A stretch of DNA of 64,000 nucleotides, taken from positions 50,675 to 114,674 of the forward strand of contig CALRYC010000003.1 of the NCBI GenBank assembly GCA_943372295.1, given 5' to 3'. Each line of letters opens with the position of its first letter. Within the stretch, counting starts at the first letter, position 1. Shown here piece by piece: positions 29,615 to 39,023 of the stretch. The position numbers and the translations under genes are program-made. The notes under the pieces are model-generated. The model was not told the origin of the DNA, ran no database searches, and saw only the letters and a program-made list of their open reading frames with translations. The stretch is from Chitinophaga pinensis. GTDB taxonomy: Bacteria; Bacteroidota; Ignavibacteria; Kapaibacteriales; Kapaibacteriaceae.

Positions 29615-30352
29615 ATGACCTTCACTCGTCACATTCATCTCAGTGAAGTTGCCTCCACGAATGAGGTTGCGCGGGAACTCCTGCGCGACGTTGAGAGTGT
29701 GATTATTTCGGCAGATCATCAGACGGGAGGTAAGGGGCGAAGGGGACGAACCTGGCACGATCAGCCGGGAGAGAGCGTGTTGGTGACATTTGGATTGCGA
29801 CACAACAAGGAGCGCAGCGTCTCTGATCTTGCAGCCGACATGGCGCGCGGTTGCCTTGCCGCTCTAAACGAACTTCGTCAGCATGATCTCAATGATAAAA
29901 TCCGCTGCAAGTATCCGAATGACGTTCAGGCACGTGAAGAGAATGGTTGGCGCAAGTTATCGGGCGTGCTTGTAGAGCACGATTTCATGGGACAGAAGTG
30001 CCAGACGACAGTCATCGGGATTGGGATGAATGTTCTGCAGACGGAGTTTAACGAGACTATCGGTCAGCCCGCAACGTCTTTACGACGACTCGGCATCAAC
30101 ATCACACCACAAGAGATGGTCAGAGGTTTGCGCCTCAGTCTGGAACCGCTTATCGGCCTATCATCAGAAGAAGTTTTTAAACTTTGGAGGTCGGAACTCG
30201 GCGTGGGTGTGGCAATGGTAGAGTTACACGGTAACGACGGAAAATGGAAAGTCAGCGATCTCGACGAGAACGGCCGCCTTGTGGTGGTGAACATCAACGA
30301 CGGAACTCAAAGGATAATCGATGATGGCGAAACTCTCAGATACCTCGATTGA
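29615..30352 (+). CDS. birA: Biotin--[acetyl-CoA-carboxylase] ligase
   Basis: QTGGKGRRGRTWH motif. No N-terminal HTH domain (group I type). Confidence 0.8.
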   Translation: MTFTRHIHLSEVASTNEVARELLRDVESVIISADHQTGGKGRRGRTWHDQPGESVLVTFGLRHNKERSVSDLAADMARGCLAALNELRQHDLNDKIRCKYPNDVQAREENGWRKLSGVLVEHDFMGQKCQTTVIGIGMNVLQTEFNETIGQPATSLRRLGINITPQEMVRGLRLSLEPLIGLSSEEVFKLWRSELGVGVAMVELHGNDGKWKVSDLDENGRLVVVNINDGTQRIIDDGETLRYLD

Positions 30353-31154
30353 ACTCAACAATGTCACGTACGGTATAGCCGCGATCGACGTTGGAAACAG
30401 CCGCGTAAAGATTCACCACGATGACGTGCACTTGTCGTTTCCGTATGACAAGGAGTGGAAAAAGAACGTTCAGTTGCATTTCCGCGACAACGTATCGAAA
30501 CGTTACCTGATAGGACTCTCGAGCGTAAACCACAAGCAGACAACTGCCATCGTTAAGGTCCTCCAGCGGATCCCCGGACATCACGTTCTGAATGCGCACA
30601 CTCTTCTGATGCGCAACCAGAGTGAGCTTTCGTTAGAAGAGATTGAAAATGCCGGAATCGACAGAATGCTTGGCACGATCGGTGCCTTGGCGCTGGCACC
30701 AGCACCATTGCTAACGATTGACTGTGGTACCGCCGTCACCGTTAATGCCGTGTCAGCGTCGAAGCATTTTCTTGGCGGAGTGATCTTCGCTGGTTTCTCA
30801 ACACAACTGTATGGTCTTGCCAAACAGACGGCAGCTATTCCGGAGATGACGTACACGCCGCCAACGCGGACGATTGGCATCAACACCGCTCAGTGTCTTA
30901 TGTCGGGCATTACCGCTTCGGTAGTCGGCGGCGTAAACCACGTCATCGCGCGGTTTACCGAAGAGATGGATGTTAAAAATATTCCCGTGGTGGTGACAGG
31001 GGGCGAATCAGCACCCGTATTTGAGGCGCTCAAGCAATCCGGAGCGAACGTGCAACACCATCCACATATCGTCACCAACGGGATTCTGATTCTCCTGTCG
31101 AAGGCAACGATCGAAAACATTCAAGATTCGATCATCGGAAAGATCCTCAACTGA
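30321..31154 (+). CDS. coaX: Type III pantothenate kinase
   Basis: AIDVGNSRVK and IDCGTAVT motifs. 32-nt overlap with birA. Confidence 0.85.
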   Translation: MMAKLSDTSIELNNVTYGIAAIDVGNSRVKIHHDDVHLSFPYDKEWKKNVQLHFRDNVSKRYLIGLSSVNHKQTTAIVKVLQRIPGHHVLNAHTLLMRNQSELSLEEIENAGIDRMLGTIGALALAPAPLLTIDCGTAVTVNAVSASKHFLGGVIFAGFSTQLYGLAKQTAAIPEMTYTPPTRTIGINTAQCLMSGITASVVGGVNHVIARFTEEMDVKNIPVVVTGGESAPVFEALKQSGANVQHHPHIVTNGILILLSKATIENIQDSIIGKILN

Positions 31155-31156
31155 GT

Positions 31157-32038
31157 ATGCAAGAATCACGGTTTGCTTTGGCCCTTCATGGCGGAGCCGG
31201 AGACCTTGCCCGGTACCGTGGACTTGGACGTTTGGAGGAGGCAGAATCCTTTCTTGGGAGACTCCTAGATGCAATGGCCATGCGCCTGCGCGACGGTAAC
31301 GTCGCAATTGAAGTCGCGATAGCGGCCGTGGAAGCGATGGAGGACTGCGGGCTGTTTCACGCCGGACGTGGTTCGTCGCCAACATCGAATGGGATGATCG
31401 AACTCGATGCATCGATCATGCATGGAAGAGATCGCAAAGCAGGAGCGATTGCTGTTGCGCGCACGCTCAAGAACCCCATCCGCGTTGCAAACTACGTGAT
31501 GCAGTCGACGCCCAATGTTTTCCTTGCCGGCGAAGAGGTTGACGCGCTGGCGTCTGAAGCCGGAAGTGATGTTGTTGGACCCGAGTACTTCATCCCGTGT
31601 GACGATGTCGGTGCATGGCTACCATCTTCCGGCACGGTAGGAGCTGTTGTTCTCGATATCCACGGCGACATCGTCGCGGCTACATCTACCGGTGGCACAC
31701 TGCGGAAACGAGCCGGACGAATTGGCGACACGCCGGTGATCGGTGCCGGCACCTATGCCGACAATGCCTTTGGCGGAATCTCCTGCACCGGCGTCGGAGA
31801 ATACTTCCTGCGGACAAGTGCCGCCTCCCGCGTGATCGCCCGCATAGAGCATCTCGCAGAAGACCCCAATGTCGCGTCTGAGCATATTCTCAGAGAGATC
31901 GGCGCAATGGGCGGCTTTGGCGGAATGATCGTGGTCGATCGCAACGGTCGTGTGTCCATGCCGTATAACACATCCGGAATGTATCGTGCTTCTATCGATG
32001 CCGAGGGTACCCGCATCGTAGGCAGTTGTGACCAGTGA
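31157..32038 (+). CDS. Isoaspartyl peptidase / L-asparaginase (Ntn-hydrolase, Asparaginase_2)
   Basis: GTVGAVVLD autoprocessing Thr context, HGGAG, GRIGDTPVIGAG. Confidence 0.85.
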   Translation: MQESRFALALHGGAGDLARYRGLGRLEEAESFLGRLLDAMAMRLRDGNVAIEVAIAAVEAMEDCGLFHAGRGSSPTSNGMIELDASIMHGRDRKAGAIAVARTLKNPIRVANYVMQSTPNVFLAGEEVDALASEAGSDVVGPEYFIPCDDVGAWLPSSGTVGAVVLDIHGDIVAATSTGGTLRKRAGRIGDTPVIGAGTYADNAFGGISCTGVGEYFLRTSAASRVIARIEHLAEDPNVASEHILREIGAMGGFGGMIVVDRNGRVSMPYNTSGMYRASIDAEGTRIVGSCDQ

Positions 32039-32060
32039 CCTCACACCCCCCACCCCACCC

Positions 32061-32081
32061 CTGAAACCTGAAACCTGAAAC
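32061..32081 (+). repeat. Tandem heptamer CTGAAAC x3, preceded by a C-tract
   Basis: Read directly. Lies between the convergent stops at 32038 and 32082. Confidence 0.8.
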
Positions 32082-34397
32082 CTAGAAGGCATGCCCTATC
32101 CCGATGCTCAACTGCCAGTTACTGGTCATGAAGACGCCGGTGCGATCGGTGATCCAGCGGCCATCGCCTCGTAGGGGATCATAGACGCTGGTGGCGTAGT
32201 CTACCCGGAAGGGGCCGACGGGTGTTTCGAAGCGGTAGCCAAGCCCCATTGCTACGACGCTGCCATAGAGGAGATCACGCGGTGTTACGCTACCGTACAG
32301 TTCCGTGGTAAAGCGGTTAAAGGCATTGCCGATGTCGGTGAAAAGCGTCAGACCACTTCGTTCAATGATGCCCGCCCAGAGCTCATCGACGCCGCGCGGA
32401 CGGGGGAAGGTAAAACGAAGCTCGAAGCCCAGTTCGATCAGCGAGCCAGAGCCAACGACATTCGAGAGAATCGTAGACTCATCCGCATCAACGTTGCCGA
32501 TGACGCCGGAACTCGGATCATGAAGTCTACGTGAGGCAAACGAACGGATGCTAGCCGGACCACCGGCAAAGAACTGCCGATCCAGAGGAACATACGTGTT
32601 GTTGCGGAGCGAATCGCCCCGTGCGAATTCAAGCAGGGCGATGTGTCCGAGTTTCACTTTTGCAGCAGCGATCAGTCGGTTACCGACAGGTGCGGCACTC
32701 GACACGAATGCCTGCCCACGAATGTACTTTCCGGCGCCCCAGCCCCATTCAAGAGAGACGCTGGAGAGTGTTCCACGTGAGGGATTTAGCTGATTATCGC
32801 GGTGATCTCCGCGAAGCGTGAAACCTGCCGTTAGTCCCGTAAAAAGTGTCTTGGTGCGACCGAGATAACTCGTCAGCACGAGAAACTGATTATATGTGCT
32901 GCGGACAAGTGCAGTATCCTCTGCTGTTTGTGCCTCATCATATGCTGAATTGATGGCGAAGTCAAAGTTGATCGGTATCTGTCTTTCGATACCGACGTTC
33001 AGATCGACAGCGTTAAAGAACGTATGTGAATAAAATGCGATCGGGGCTTGGGCCGATAGCCCGAATGCCTCCAGACGGAAGGGGGTGATCAGCTGTCGAT
33101 TTGAATAAAACATCGACGTCGACAAGCCGACTCGCTGAGAGAACAGACGGCCCAGATTCGGCCAAGCAAGGACCACAGAGCTGTTGAACTCACGTTCGAG
33201 CTGCTGACCCTGAGCAAAACGCGAGATGTCCTGCAGGGTGTATTGCATAGAGATCGACGCTACCTGCGCACCGCCGAACGTGTTCCGATACTGCGCCGTA
33301 GCACCGATTCCGAAGTTCAGGAAGTTATCGATCGCTGTCTGGTAGGGACCAAAACTGGCACCCACATCGTATGGTTTGGAGTTTCTCGTGAAAACACGCA
33401 GCCGGACGGCACTATCCGAGCCCCGAAATGCAGAATCATGGGCAATGGTATCGATCAGCACGATCTCAAATGTGCCAAGCCCCATAAGGTTCGCACGGGA
33501 CTGTTCGAGCAGCTCGCGACTGTACCATTCTCCTGCTGCAATGTCAAGCTGTCGCTGTCGGGTTGAGAGATTCACCTGCGGATGGCCATCGGTATACTCT
33601 GTAAATTCTATACTCTCAATGCGGACGCGTCTGCCCGGTTTGAAGAGTACCACAACGGTATCGTGTTCACCGTCTCCGCTGATCCCGACCATGGGGCGCT
33701 CATACCGGGCCTTGTAATAGCCGTTGTTCTGCAGGACGCGTTGAACGGCACGGGCGTTTTCTTCGATGTATGCTTCGGAGAAGGGGCTTCCTCGACGTAT
33801 GGTGATACTGCGCAGCGCTTGGGTGCGCACCGACGCCTCTACCTCATCAAGCCCATGTGTCACGATCGTATCGATCGTTGCTCGATGTCCTTCGTTGATC
33901 ACGAAACGAAGCGTGAACAGTTTGGTGGATGGATCATAACCGTATCCGAAATGCACACTGGCGTTGTGATAGCCATTCTGAATAAGGTAGTTCAGCAGGG
34001 TTGCGCTGTCATCACGCGCAACGGCCAGCTCAAAGAAAATACGTTCCTCGTCGTAGCTCTTGCGAATGGAGGAAAAGCGTCGCAGCACCACAGGTGGGGA
34101 TGCTGGATTGCTCCGCATCGCCTGTTCGAAGAACACCGTTAGCTTTCGTCCGAGACTGTAATCACTTTGGCGGGAGGAGATGATCGTTCGAAGGTCCTCC
34201 GGAATGGTCTGCTGACATCCGACGATCTGCACGGCACGCAGCTCCGTCAGCTGCAACACTCGCGAGCGTTCACCGGCCAGCTCGAGACTGTCTCGATACG
34301 TGTCCTGCGCCCATGCAGACGTCGACGCGGCCGCGGCGGCACCAAGAAATCCAAGGAACCACAGCAGCAAAGAGCGGTATTGACGCCTTGTGTTCAC
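32082..34397 (-). CDS. BamA/TamA-family outer-membrane protein (POTRA domains plus Omp85 barrel)
   Basis: Signal peptide, POTRA-like N-terminal half, and a barrel ending in a terminal Phe (IGIGHAF). Confidence 0.8.
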   Translation of the reverse strand: MNTRRQYRSLLLWFLGFLGAAAAASTSAWAQDTYRDSLELAGERSRVLQLTELRAVQIVGCQQTIPEDLRTIISSRQSDYSLGRKLTVFFEQAMRSNPASPPVVLRRFSSIRKSYDEERIFFELAVARDDSATLLNYLIQNGYHNASVHFGYGYDPSTKLFTLRFVINEGHRATIDTIVTHGLDEVEASVRTQALRSITIRRGSPFSEAYIEENARAVQRVLQNNGYYKARYERPMVGISGDGEHDTVVVLFKPGRRVRIESIEFTEYTDGHPQVNLSTRQRQLDIAAGEWYSRELLEQSRANLMGLGTFEIVLIDTIAHDSAFRGSDSAVRLRVFTRNSKPYDVGASFGPYQTAIDNFLNFGIGATAQYRNTFGGAQVASISMQYTLQDISRFAQGQQLEREFNSSVVLAWPNLGRLFSQRVGLSTSMFYSNRQLITPFRLEAFGLSAQAPIAFYSHTFFNAVDLNVGIERQIPINFDFAINSAYDEAQTAEDTALVRSTYNQFLVLTSYLGRTKTLFTGLTAGFTLRGDHRDNQLNPSRGTLSSVSLEWGWGAGKYIRGQAFVSSAAPVGNRLIAAAKVKLGHIALLEFARGDSLRNNTYVPLDRQFFAGGPASIRSFASRRLHDPSSGVIGNVDADESTILSNVVGSGSLIELGFELRFTFPRPRGVDELWAGIIERSGLTLFTDIGNAFNRFTTELYGSVTPRDLLYGSVVAMGLGYRFETPVGPFRVDYATSVYDPLRGDGRWITDRTGVFMTSNWQLSIGIGHAF

Positions 34398-34438
34398 GAG
34401 TGCAAGTTACCGACCGCGCATGGAGATTGATACAGCAA

Positions 34439-34466
34439 CGCCCTGCATGCCGAAGCAGTCAGGGCG
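34439..34466 (-). terminator. Hairpin downstream of the DUF2795 gene (CGCCCTG...CAGGGCG)
   Basis: 7-bp GC-rich stem with a TTCG-containing loop. Only a weak T-rich tail on the minus strand. Confidence 0.3.
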
Positions 34467-34494
34467 CGACAATAGGCGTCTTGTAGAGAAAGTC

Positions 34495-34734
34495 CTACGA
34501 CTCGTATCCTTCACCATCCTCGCTGAAGAACATATCGTCTGATCCTTCTTCGTACTCTGGCCAGAGATCCTCGATACCTTCGTAAGTGATCTCCTCGGAG
34601 TCATCCAGCTCGGTCAGGTTATCGATCACCTGCAATGGCGCACCGGTACGGTTGCAGTAATCGATAAGCTCCTCCTTTGTTGCAGGCCATGGAGCATCCT
34701 CGAGATACGTGGCGAGTTCGGGCGTCCAGAACAT
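34495..34734 (-). CDS. DUF2795 domain protein with an acidic tail
   Basis: LEDAPWPATKEELIDYCNRTGAPLQVIDNL matches the DUF2795 pattern. Confidence 0.7.
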   Translation of the reverse strand: MFWTPELATYLEDAPWPATKEELIDYCNRTGAPLQVIDNLTELDDSEEITYEGIEDLWPEYEEGSDDMFFSEDGEGYES

Positions 34735-34830
34735 TTTCGATCCTTGGTTCTACGATGAGGATTTAGTGAGCGGCGCGAATATACACGCGCGTGGGTGTCG
34801 ACGCAAAAGAACCGCTTGGTCGGGAGTTAG

Positions 34831-35547
34831 TTACGCATCCGGCTGGTTGGAAGCTCGCATCACCGTGCAGGCGATCTGGAGGTCAAACGGCGTTGTGACC
34901 TTGATGTTTGTTTCCTCCCCCTCGACGACGTGCACACCCACGCCGGCCTGTTCGCATAATGAGGCGCAGTCGGTAGCCGCGCGCTCACGCTCCATCGCGT
35001 CGGAATAGACCGCCCTTATGAGCGGACCAAAGAACCCCTGCGGGGTCTGGGCGCGACGGATCTCGGACCGGTCAATGGTTGCCACGACAACGCCATCCGG
35101 AGTGATGCGCTTGAGCGTATCCGCTACGGCGATCACTGGAATGACAGCACCGTGTGTCATGGCCGCCTGAGCAACCCGATCGAACAAGGCCACGCTGGCA
35201 AGCGGGCGAACAGCATCGTGGATCAGGATCACATCGAGACTTTCCATGGAAGGATGTTCAAGACCCCGTGCTACGGAATGATGACGTTCTGCGCCTCCAT
35301 CAACCAGCACAAGTCGTGGGTCTTGGCAATCATGCTCACGGAGTATTGCCATGAGTTCCTCGCGCGACTCCTGTTGAACCGAGATCACCACACACGTGAC
35401 GTTGGAGGCAGCCAGAGCCGCGCGCACACTTCGCACGATGATTGGTGTGCCGAGCAGATCAAGAAACTGTTTCGGTATCTGCGCGCCAAACCGCGTGCCA
35501 CGTCCGCCGGCTGGGATGACTATGCCAACGCTGTAAGAGGCGCTCAT
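34831..35547 (-). CDS. ispD: 2-C-methyl-D-erythritol 4-phosphate cytidylyltransferase
   Basis: VIPAGGRGTRFG motif and family-typical length. Confidence 0.88.
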   Translation of the reverse strand: MSASYSVGIVIPAGGRGTRFGAQIPKQFLDLLGTPIIVRSVRAALAASNVTCVVISVQQESREELMAILREHDCQDPRLVLVDGGAERHHSVARGLEHPSMESLDVILIHDAVRPLASVALFDRVAQAAMTHGAVIPVIAVADTLKRITPDGVVVATIDRSEIRRAQTPQGFFGPLIRAVYSDAMERERAATDCASLCEQAGVGVHVVEGEETNIKVTTPFDLQIACTVMRASNQPDA

Positions 35548-36671
35548 CGGACCTTAAACGAAGCCATCGTGATGATGGCCAGCATGATCGCCACGATATA
35601 GAACCGCGTGACGATCTTGGATTCATGCCACCCGCTCTTCTCAAAATGATGATGCAAGGGGGCGATGTGGAAGATGCGGCGTCCTTCACCGAACTTCTTC
35701 TTGGTGTATTTGAACCACGACACCTGGATGATCACCGAAACAGTTTCGGCAAAGAAAACACCGCCAACGATAGGAAGGAGAAACTCCTTCTTGATCAGCA
35801 CGCACAGCACCCCGATAGCGCCACCGAGGGCCAGCGAGCCGGTGTCGCCCATAAAGACCTGCGCCGGATAGGCGTTGTACCAGAGAAAGCCCAGCGATGC
35901 ACCAACAATTGCTGCGCAGAAGATCGCCAGCTCGTCCGTGCCGCGCAGGTGCGCAATGTTGAGGTAGTCGGCAAAGAACGCGTTACCACTGAAGTAGGCG
36001 ATCACGGCCAGCGTGAGCGCGCTGATGCCGACGGTGCCGATACAGAGTCCGTCGAGTCCGTCGGTTAGGTTGACGGCATTGGATGTGGCTGTGATGATAA
36101 AGATCACCAGCGGTATGTAGAGATATCCGAAGTCGACGTGCGCCAGTTTCTGAAACGGTATCGTCGTGAGAGTATTCGTTTGATGCGTCAGCCCAAACCA
36201 TTCCGGATAGAAGAACAGGCAGCCCCCTACGAAGAGACCTACGCTTACCTGGCCCACGATCTTGTAGCGTCCGATAAGCCCCTTGGGATACTTCTTTACA
36301 ACTTTGAGATAGTCATCCAGAAACCCAACACCGCCAAGAGCAGCTGTTGCCACGACGGCCATCACCACGTACATGTTCAGAACATTGGCCCATAGGAGGG
36401 TTGGCAGCAGAACAGCCATGAGCACGATCAGTCCACCCATCGTCGGCGTTCCGGCCTTGTTCACATGCAGGCCCACCTGCTGAAGCTCCATCTTCGCCTG
36501 TTCGCCCACTTGACGTCGTTTGAGCAGAGCGATAATGCGCGGACCGACGATAAACGAGATAAGAAGCGCGAAAATGGCAGCTGACGCCGCACGGAATGTG
36601 ACATAGCTGAATAGGTTGATCCCCGGTACGTCGGTGATCGACCGAATCCATAGCGCTAACTGATACAACAT
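35544..36671 (-). CDS. mraY: Phospho-N-acetylmuramoyl-pentapeptide transferase
   Basis: GTPTMGG, NAVNLTDGLDGL, FMGDTGSLALGG and HHHFE motifs. Confidence 0.95.
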   Translation of the reverse strand: MLYQLALWIRSITDVPGINLFSYVTFRAASAAIFALLISFIVGPRIIALLKRRQVGEQAKMELQQVGLHVNKAGTPTMGGLIVLMAVLLPTLLWANVLNMYVVMAVVATAALGGVGFLDDYLKVVKKYPKGLIGRYKIVGQVSVGLFVGGCLFFYPEWFGLTHQTNTLTTIPFQKLAHVDFGYLYIPLVIFIITATSNAVNLTDGLDGLCIGTVGISALTLAVIAYFSGNAFFADYLNIAHLRGTDELAIFCAAIVGASLGFLWYNAYPAQVFMGDTGSLALGGAIGVLCVLIKKEFLLPIVGGVFFAETVSVIIQVSWFKYTKKKFGEGRRIFHIAPLHHHFEKSGWHESKIVTRFYIVAIMLAIITMASFKVR

Positions 36672-36675
36672 GGTG

Positions 36676-38088
36676 TTACTCCCCAGGTCCCACGGAGAGC
36701 AAATCTATGACCTGTTCCATCGCCATCCCGCGTGAACCTTTCACAAGAATGACGGCTCCGGGTGCGGCCACCTGGAGGATGTGCTCACAGCAGGCGCGCA
36801 TGCTCGACGCCCATATCACATGCGGCAGATCCATCCTCTCCTGTGCTCTGCGAAACTCCTCGCCCAGGACGATCACAACATCGGCATACTGATGCGCATC
36901 ATTCAGAATGTGCATATGCTCTTCTTCGGCGGCCATTCCGAGTTCGCGCATGTCTCCGAGCACAGCGATGCGCTTTGTTGCAGGGAACTTCTCCAGCGTC
37001 CGCAGGGCCATGATCATCGATTCAGGATTGGCATTGTAGCAGTCGTTAAGAAGTGTCAGATCCGTCACGTGCTGCACGCGCATACGTCCGTATCCATGGG
37101 AGGCAGGGGGCTCGTACGACGCAAGAGCGTGCTGGACGTGTGCAGCCGGTACGTGCAGTGCCCAGGCAACGGCAAGTGCACAGGTTGCATTGTAGGCAGA
37201 GGCAAGGCCATGGGTTCGCAACTGGGCGCGCAGAGTGTAGGAACCATGAACGATGTGCAGAGAAGGACGCACTTGGCTGTCGAAGCTCACACTCGGGTGG
37301 ATCTCGGCGCCGGTCTCGACCCCGAAGGTGATCGCCCGTGAAAATGTTGGAACGTATTTGGCCAAGCGTTCATCGTCGACGTTCACCAGTGCCACGCCGT
37401 GATGATCGCGAAGGAAATCAAACAGCGCCGTCTCTTCTTTCTCGACGCCGTCAAGGTCGACCAGCATCTCCAGGTGCTCTTTGCCAATGTTGGTGATGAG
37501 TCCATGCGTGGGCTGCACCATCGCCGTAAGTATCTCGATCTCGCCCGGCTGATTGGTACCGATCTCGATCACGCCAACCTCGTGCTGGTCGGTCAGTTGC
37601 AACAGCGTGAGCGGCGTGCCGACCTGGTTGTTGTAGTTGGCGTCGGTTTTGAGAACCGTCACGGTGGAAGAAAGCACATGTGCCACGACGTCCTTGGTAG
37701 AAGTCTTGCCGGCTGCTCCGGCGATGGCCACGATCGGGATGGAGAATCGTCGACGGTGGAACCAGGCAAATGTTCCGAGTGCGTGGAGTGTAGAGTTACA
37801 GACCAACGCAGCTGTTGAAGGGGGCACGCGGGAAAGATCTTCCGTCAGGACAAGGCACGCCCCTTTGCCAATGGCCTCGTTGATCTTGTCGTGCCCGTCG
37901 AATCGTTCACCACGCAGGGCGATGAATGCATTGCCGGGAACCAGCGTGCGCGTGTCGGTGCTGATGCCCATGATCGTAAGATCGGTGGGGAGCGATGCTG
38001 CTGCCTGACCAAACATGGTCACGAGGTCAGAATGGGTAAACGTTGCCGTATTGGTCATGCGCGGTGTGGTACCTGAAGAGTCGTGCAA
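36676..38088 (-). CDS. murF: UDP-N-acetylmuramoyl-tripeptide--D-alanyl-D-alanine ligase
   Basis: IAGAAGKTSTKD P-loop, CYNANPESM, VLGDMRELG. Confidence 0.88.
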   Translation of the reverse strand: MHDSSGTTPRMTNTATFTHSDLVTMFGQAAASLPTDLTIMGISTDTRTLVPGNAFIALRGERFDGHDKINEAIGKGACLVLTEDLSRVPPSTAALVCNSTLHALGTFAWFHRRRFSIPIVAIAGAAGKTSTKDVVAHVLSSTVTVLKTDANYNNQVGTPLTLLQLTDQHEVGVIEIGTNQPGEIEILTAMVQPTHGLITNIGKEHLEMLVDLDGVEKEETALFDFLRDHHGVALVNVDDERLAKYVPTFSRAITFGVETGAEIHPSVSFDSQVRPSLHIVHGSYTLRAQLRTHGLASAYNATCALAVAWALHVPAAHVQHALASYEPPASHGYGRMRVQHVTDLTLLNDCYNANPESMIMALRTLEKFPATKRIAVLGDMRELGMAAEEEHMHILNDAHQYADVVIVLGEEFRRAQERMDLPHVIWASSMRACCEHILQVAAPGAVILVKGSRGMAMEQVIDLLSVGPGE

Positions 38089-38090
38089 AA

Positions 38091-39023
38091 CTACTCAGTC
38101 CGCCGCTCGGCCACCCGCAGACGGGCACTGCGCGAGCGGGGATTGGCGCGCTGCTCGTCGTCCGATGCTTCGATGGCTTTCTTGGTGATGATCTTCAGTG
38201 CGTCCGGATGATCGCGAAAGACGTTCTTGACGATACGGTCCTCACCGCTGTGATAACTCATCACCACGATCCGACCTTGCGGCGCGAGCAGCGGGATGAT
38301 GTCGATCAGCGTGGTTTTTAGTCGCTCGAGTTCATCATTGACGGCAATGCGCAGCGCCTGGAACAGGCGCGCCATGGTCTTGGCCTGATGATGCGGCGGA
38401 ATGTGCTGCACAACAAGGTCGCGCAGGTCCATCGTGGTTCTGAATGCTGCGATGGCGCGACGCTGCACGATGGCCTTTGACAGGCGGCGTGACTGTGGTT
38501 CATCCCCATAGGTGAAGAACAGCGTGGAAAGCTGCTCCTCCGAGCGGGTGTTAAGAATGTCCGCAGCGGTCTGGCCCTCGGGAGAGAACCTCATGTCAAG
38601 GGGCGCATTGAGTCGGAAGCTGAATCCGCGAACGTGGTGATCGAATTGATACGACGAAACACCCAGATCGAGCAGCACACCGTCTACGGTACCCGGCGTC
38701 AGATGCGTGCGCATCGTTGAGAAGTTCGCATGCACCAGCCGCAGACGTGACTGCTCCCCACGAGAGAGCTCATCAGCAAACCGACGCCCGCAGTGTTCGA
38801 TGGCAACCTCGTCGGCATCGAACGAGATCAAACGTCCTGCTGATCCGAGTTGTTCAAGGATCGCCGAGGTATGTCCGCCCCCTCCCAGTGTTGCGTCTAC
38901 ATAGACTCCGTCATCAATGAGCGCGAGCGCCGCAATGCACTCCGAGAGCATGACGGGAATGTGGTAAGTCTCTGCTTCGACACGTGCCATTGGCGGAAAT
39001 TGCCGAATTTTCGCCGATGACAT
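38091..39023 (-). CDS. rsmH: 16S rRNA (cytosine1402-N4)-methyltransferase
   Basis: YHIPVML, DATLGGGGH, DLGVSSYQFD. Alternative start at 38990. Confidence 0.92.
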   Translation of the reverse strand: MSSAKIRQFPPMARVEAETYHIPVMLSECIAALALIDDGVYVDATLGGGGHTSAILEQLGSAGRLISFDADEVAIEHCGRRFADELSRGEQSRLRLVHANFSTMRTHLTPGTVDGVLLDLGVSSYQFDHHVRGFSFRLNAPLDMRFSPEGQTAADILNTRSEEQLSTLFFTYGDEPQSRRLSKAIVQRRAIAAFRTTMDLRDLVVQHIPPHHQAKTMARLFQALRIAVNDELERLKTTLIDIIPLLAPQGRIVVMSYHSGEDRIVKNVFRDHPDALKIITKKAIEASDDEQRANPRSRSARLRVAERRTE

